DNA from: Catajapyx aquilonaris
Lineage: Eukaryota
NCBI GenBank assembly: GCA_000934665.2
Contig: KZ538920.1
Coordinates: forward strand, 1 to 40,172
Reading direction: 5' to 3'
Length of the DNA: 40,172 bases
Shown here: positions 35,962 through 40,172 of the stretch, one piece after another
Layout of the letters: each line of letters starts with the position of its first letter
Numbering within the stretch: the first letter of the stretch is position 1
Notes under the pieces: model-generated
Databases searched by the model: none
The model's input: only the letters and a program-made list of their open reading frames with translations
Told to the model about the DNA's origin: nothing
Made by a program: the position numbers and the translations under genes

Positions 35962-36673
35962 CAGTGAAGCCCAGTGGCGGATCTATTGGGGGGNNNNNNN
36001 NNNNNNNNNNNNNNNNNNNNNNNNNNNNNNNNNNNNNNNNNNNNNNNNNNNNNNNNCCCCCCCCCCCCCCCCACCAACGACGTCTAGATCCGCCACTGGT
36101 GAAACCTGTGTATAGCAGAATAGCACGGTGCCCTAGAAAAATCGTAATTGACAAGTTTCCGCTTAAAATTACGATTTTCCTAGTCATCAGCACCAAACGG
36201 GAAAGACGAGTGGAAGTGAACGCTGCAACGGCGCAAAGCATTGTGGGCAGAGAGTGGGGGAGGAAAAAAAGTGGCGCTGTTGTTGCGGATCGCGCGCGAA
36301 CCATTCGATGTCGGATATACATAGTACGATATATCAGCCGTTTCCGCTATATTCGACATGGTATTTATGTTCTATACATATGCCCGTTCCCGGAAAAATT
36401 TCGCAATGGACAAGTTTTTGTAACACTCAGGGTACGTTATGGACAGGTTTCACTACATATTTATCTAGAGTGAATCCTGTCCATAACGGACCCTGAACGT
36501 AACCGAAACTTGCCTATTGCGGAATTTTTCTGGTAACGGGCGTATGGAAAGTACACGATTTCCGCGTCGAATATAGCGGAAATTGTGTAATTTTCATACG
36601 CCAGTTACCAGAAAAGTTCCGCAATAGGCAAGTTTCCATTATACACAGGGTCTGTTGTGGACAGGGTTCACTG
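35962..36673. mobile_element. Cluster of TA-flanked CAGTGAAACCTG-type MITEs in alternating orientation
   Basis: End motif cagtgaaacctgt / acaggtttcact recurs at 35962, ~36443, ~36468, ~36661 and ~36688; ~36341-36455 is mirrored by ~36468-36582. Confidence 0.72.
35972..36098. mobile_element. hAT-type MITE spanning the assembly gap
   Basis: TIR CAGTGGCGGATCTA / TAGATCCGCCACTG; 8-bp TSD gtgaagcc / gtgaaacc; the N run (35994-36056) lies between poly-G and poly-C. Confidence 0.82.
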
Positions 36674-37024
36674 TATATTTATATTTACAGCGAAACCTGT
36701 ACATATCTGACTAGCAAGTGACTCTAAAATTCCGCAATGAGCAAGTTTCCGCTATACCCTCCTGAGACCCGAGAAGTCATTTGTGCAATTATTTAGTAAT
36801 ACTTTGAAAGAACCTTCTGTAGTGGAGGTGTAGAAGCTGTGTAGAAGCCATTTTTCTGAATATTTCATATTTTTGTTACAATCACTTATTGCAAATTTAG
36901 ATGTCCTATATATAGGACACTGGGTCTTAGCTATAACATTCCTTCTCTATATTTTTCAATGAATTAAAAAAACACTTTCATCTTTATTTCAATACAGCAG
37001 CCTATATCTTATGTTTTCCTTGTA

Positions 37025-37428
37025 CAGGGTGGTCCAACTTTTTTGTCCGAACAGCTATTGACAAATTCGGCCTAAGCTGCTTATGTTGTAGTGCGTTACC
37101 TGGCAACCCCGGCCGGCGGGCATCAGCACATCAGCACATGGAGACGAGTGCTAAGTGTTCTTTCCATTGTCGATTCCATATCCATATCATATCATATTAT
37201 TTTCCCTGCTTATCCCTTGCTACTGATGTGTAAGCAGGCAGAGACCCGTCGCTGGGTCGTCCGCGTCACTCACTCTATTTGTAAACAGTGGCAACAATGG
37301 AAGCGCTCTCCATGGGCTGATGTTTGAATTGGCCCGCCGGACAGGGTTGCCAGGTAACGCACTACAACATAAGCAGCTTAGGCCAAATTTGTCAATAGCT
37401 GTTCGGACAAAAAAGTTGGACCACCCTG
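37025..37428. mobile_element. Young Tc1/mariner-type MITE with ~95-bp TIRs
   Basis: TA|CAGGGTGGTCCAACTTTTTTGTCCGAACAGC...|TA with near-perfect TIRs; inserted in an older cctcctgagacc-ended element (~36756-37695). Confidence 0.92.
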
Positions 37429-38194
37429 TATATACAGTATAGCCATACTAGATGTTACATTTGCCGAGTGTCCCCTATAGGGGACGGCACTTTTCTTACA
37501 ATCTAGCATTCCATAATTTTTTTTATCATTTTTGTTGTGTTTTGGGGACTATCATGAACTAATAAAATCAAACAAAAAAGAAAATTTAAACAAAAAATCT
37601 TTCAGGCATATCTGGGTTAAGGACCATCCACATGAATACACAATGGGGTGAATTTCTTTTCGTGTCAGTGGTTCTGGTCATCACAGGAGATTAGGAAATC
37701 TATAGGTCAATCTACAGTCTCTCCAGGAAAACTATGTATCATAGTTACTAGTGGTTTAGCCATTGCCCATGATTCTGCTTGACAAGCTTTATGTAAATAG
37801 TGAAACAGGCAAAACTGTCAGTCAAAATGACATGAACTGGACATAAGTTCACCTGTTGTTCCAAACTAAAACAGACATTTCCTGCACTGTACAACTGTGT
37901 GACAGCATTATAGGGAGCCCTGAGCAAAATTGAGCAGCACCACCTCACACCTATCCGACAGGGGGGGCAAGTGGGGACCAACATGATGGCTAACTGCTCT
38001 TTTGTTTACATTTTTAAGATTTTTTCATGTTTCTGACACAGCACAACCACTGTTGCTCAGATGCCGGAAAACATCTCTGCTGTGCAGTGCAATACATAGC
38101 AAGGGTCTTAGGCATCAGTCTGAATACTATCCTCATCAACACCTTCATCACAGCAAGGTCTCTGCCTTGGTTGGGTACCAAGCTGCCTCACAGT

Positions 38195-38363
38195 TCTGCC
38201 GTCAGATGTAAAAAGACCGTAACTCAAAAACTACTAAGGGTGAAAGTCGTATGCATGCCCTGCTCTAATCCCTCCTGATTCAGAGGGTGTTAGTGCAGGG
38301 CGTGCATGCGACTTTCACCCTTACTTGTTTTTGAGTTACGGTCTTCTTACATCTCACGGCAGA
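38195..38363. mobile_element. ~170-bp foldback MITE
   Basis: tctgccgtcagatgtaaaaagaccgtaactcaaaaac..taagggtgaaagtcg is mirrored by cgactttcaccctta..gtttttgagttacggtcttcttacatctcacggcaga. Confidence 0.85.
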
Positions 38364-38767
38364 GTTGGCCACTCAAGTTGAGCTGTCACACGCCAACTTG
38401 GAATTTTTCTCCAAGACACGAATGGTCAGTCATGGAAGACAAAACTTTCAGCCTTTTCTTATTTCCCAATATATAAAACAACCTTGTGGAAGGGTCCATG
38501 GATCTGACTCTTAAGTGATTGCTGCTGCTGTGGAGGTGGTGTTGGGGGGGGGGACCAGCTAGAATAATGGGAGAAATGCTGGACAAAGTGTATCAACATG
38601 CAAGGGGACTATGTTGAAATATAAAGCATTTCCGATGGCCTACCTGCTTTCTTTCATAAAAATGCTCCTTGCTCTCCAAAGGTCTCTCGTAAATAACAAC
38701 ACTGGTCAAAATGAGCCAAGTACCCTTTGCAACATTGCTTGCAAAAGCTCCCACATCCACCACTCAC

Positions 38768-39260
38768 CTTGAGGATGTTCATGTTGTAGTCTTCTCCACT
38801 GTTGTTGTACACAATGGTAACATAATCATTGCCAATGTGTCTCTTCTTGCCACTGCAAGCTGGGTCATTGTCACGGTTAGGCATCAGTGTAGCCACATGG
38901 AAGATCACTTGCATCACATCATCCTGCCATATATAGGCAAATTTTCCATCATTTCCACTCGTATTCAAACCACCAATATATGTGGTCTTGGGATCAACAT
39001 CCTCCAGGGTGATAAGGGTCCCCAAGCCCTGAAGGAAGTTGGTGTATCGGGTAGAACCAAATTCGTTTTTCAGGATTGCTGCTTCATTATCCGACTGCCC
39101 TTCTCCAACATAAACAATCCCTATCTTGTGTGTGTCATGTGGAGGCATGCGATCTAAGTTGCGGACAGCTCTCTCACATTCTGGGTTGGGCATAATCCGG
39201 ATAGGACGGTCACTTGGACTTCCAAAATTTGCATTCTGGTATAGCTGAAGGAAAATAAAG
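38768..39260 (-). CDS. TSC2: Tuberin (TSC2/gigas) exon encoding the first part of the Rap-GAP domain
   Basis: ccttgcag|..|gtgagt. Encodes (S)FIFLQLY...LDRMPPHDTHKIGIVYVGEGQ...WQDDVMQVIFHVATLMP...KKRHIGNDYVTIVYN, which are hallmark tuberin GAP motifs. Confidence 0.95.
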
Positions 39261-40172
39261 CTGCAAGGCAAGACAACAACATGCAGGTTTCAATTGTAAA
39301 CCAATGAGGAACAGCACATAAATCAGAATCCCATTACAACTCTAAAGACAGGGTGGCCTCACAAGGATACTTATTCATATTCTCCTAAGATATGTTTTAA
39401 CAAAGGCTTACTGACTAGGCCTTAAGGGTGGACAAGAAAGTAGTGACAGAGGCGTGAGCCGCTGCACCACTGCTGTCAATGTTTCAATCAGGGCAACTCA
39501 ATGGAAGAAGTCACTTTCAGTTGCTGAAATAATAGCAATCTCCATAAGGTTGTTCTGGCCCTGTGAAGTGTCGCCTCTCCTACAAGTCAGTTAAACCGCC
39601 ACTACCAGTCAAAATGGAACCAAGTACTACCACCATAAAAAATACCTTCGGCACACACCTCTAGTCAGTGAAGTTTGTTAATCTCTATTTTTGTGCATGC
39701 AACACCCAGTGGCAGATACCTTCGAGACGATTTTGCATTTGACTCCAGTGAAGCCTGCACTTGAATCAAATGGAAAATCGTCTCTATGTTTTTGAGCGAC
39801 ATAGTACACCTTGCTCACAGCCAGTGCCAAGATTGTGTATGAAATTAAAATTAGAGTTAATTTAAATGAAATATCCTTCAATGAAAGAGTACAACAAGTC
39901 GGAAAAGGCGGGGAAGAAACCAGCCGCAGGCGAAAAATTTTTGGGTTCAAGGTCACACGAGCTTAGGTGAATGTAACTGACTGGGAGATTTGAATAGGTG
40001 TGTCAGGGTGTGTATTTGACGAAACTGGTAGCACTTTTTTCATGGAAGTGTAATTACAGAGTAACATTGGGCTGTACGAAATTACGGTATTTTTTGTGTA
40101 CCATTATGGTACATTTGGCACCCCTTCTTGCACCCTCAGGGGAGCCGCCTCGCACCCCAGCCCCCCCCCCCC

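Noticed and set aside
35712..36473. 253-aa plus-strand ORF
   Set aside because: Reads through the N gap and nested MITEs; no protein-like features.
38654..38767. In-frame extension of the TSC2 ORF as a genuine C-terminus
   Set aside because: Similarity to tuberin stops at the strong AAG|GTGAGT donor; the extension is intron read-through.

Overview
Eukaryotic (arthropod-like) genomic DNA with spliceosomal introns; all recognisable genes are on the minus strand. (1) An AMP deaminase gene: 10 phase-consistent constant exons from 9242 down to 1153, continuing past the window start. It is preceded by a ~10.5 kb CpG-rich region holding at least five candidate alternative first exons. Each has its own ATG and a phase-1 G|GT donor that fits the same acceptor at 9242. 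(2) A gene for a long acidic, disordered protein (exons 33333-32118, 29225-29079, ~28475-28145). Its short motifs recall the centrosomal protein kizuna, and an RFX X-box cluster plus initiator lies at ~35820-35920. (3) One exon of tuberin/TSC2 (Rap-GAP domain, 39260-38768); I cannot find its expected 3' exons. Introns and intergenic DNA are densely filled with non-autonomous foldback DNA transposons (TA-, TWA- and 8-bp-TSD classes, several nested) and three tRNA-derived SINEs. All exon calls come from manual reading of splice sites and frames; none is transcript-verified.
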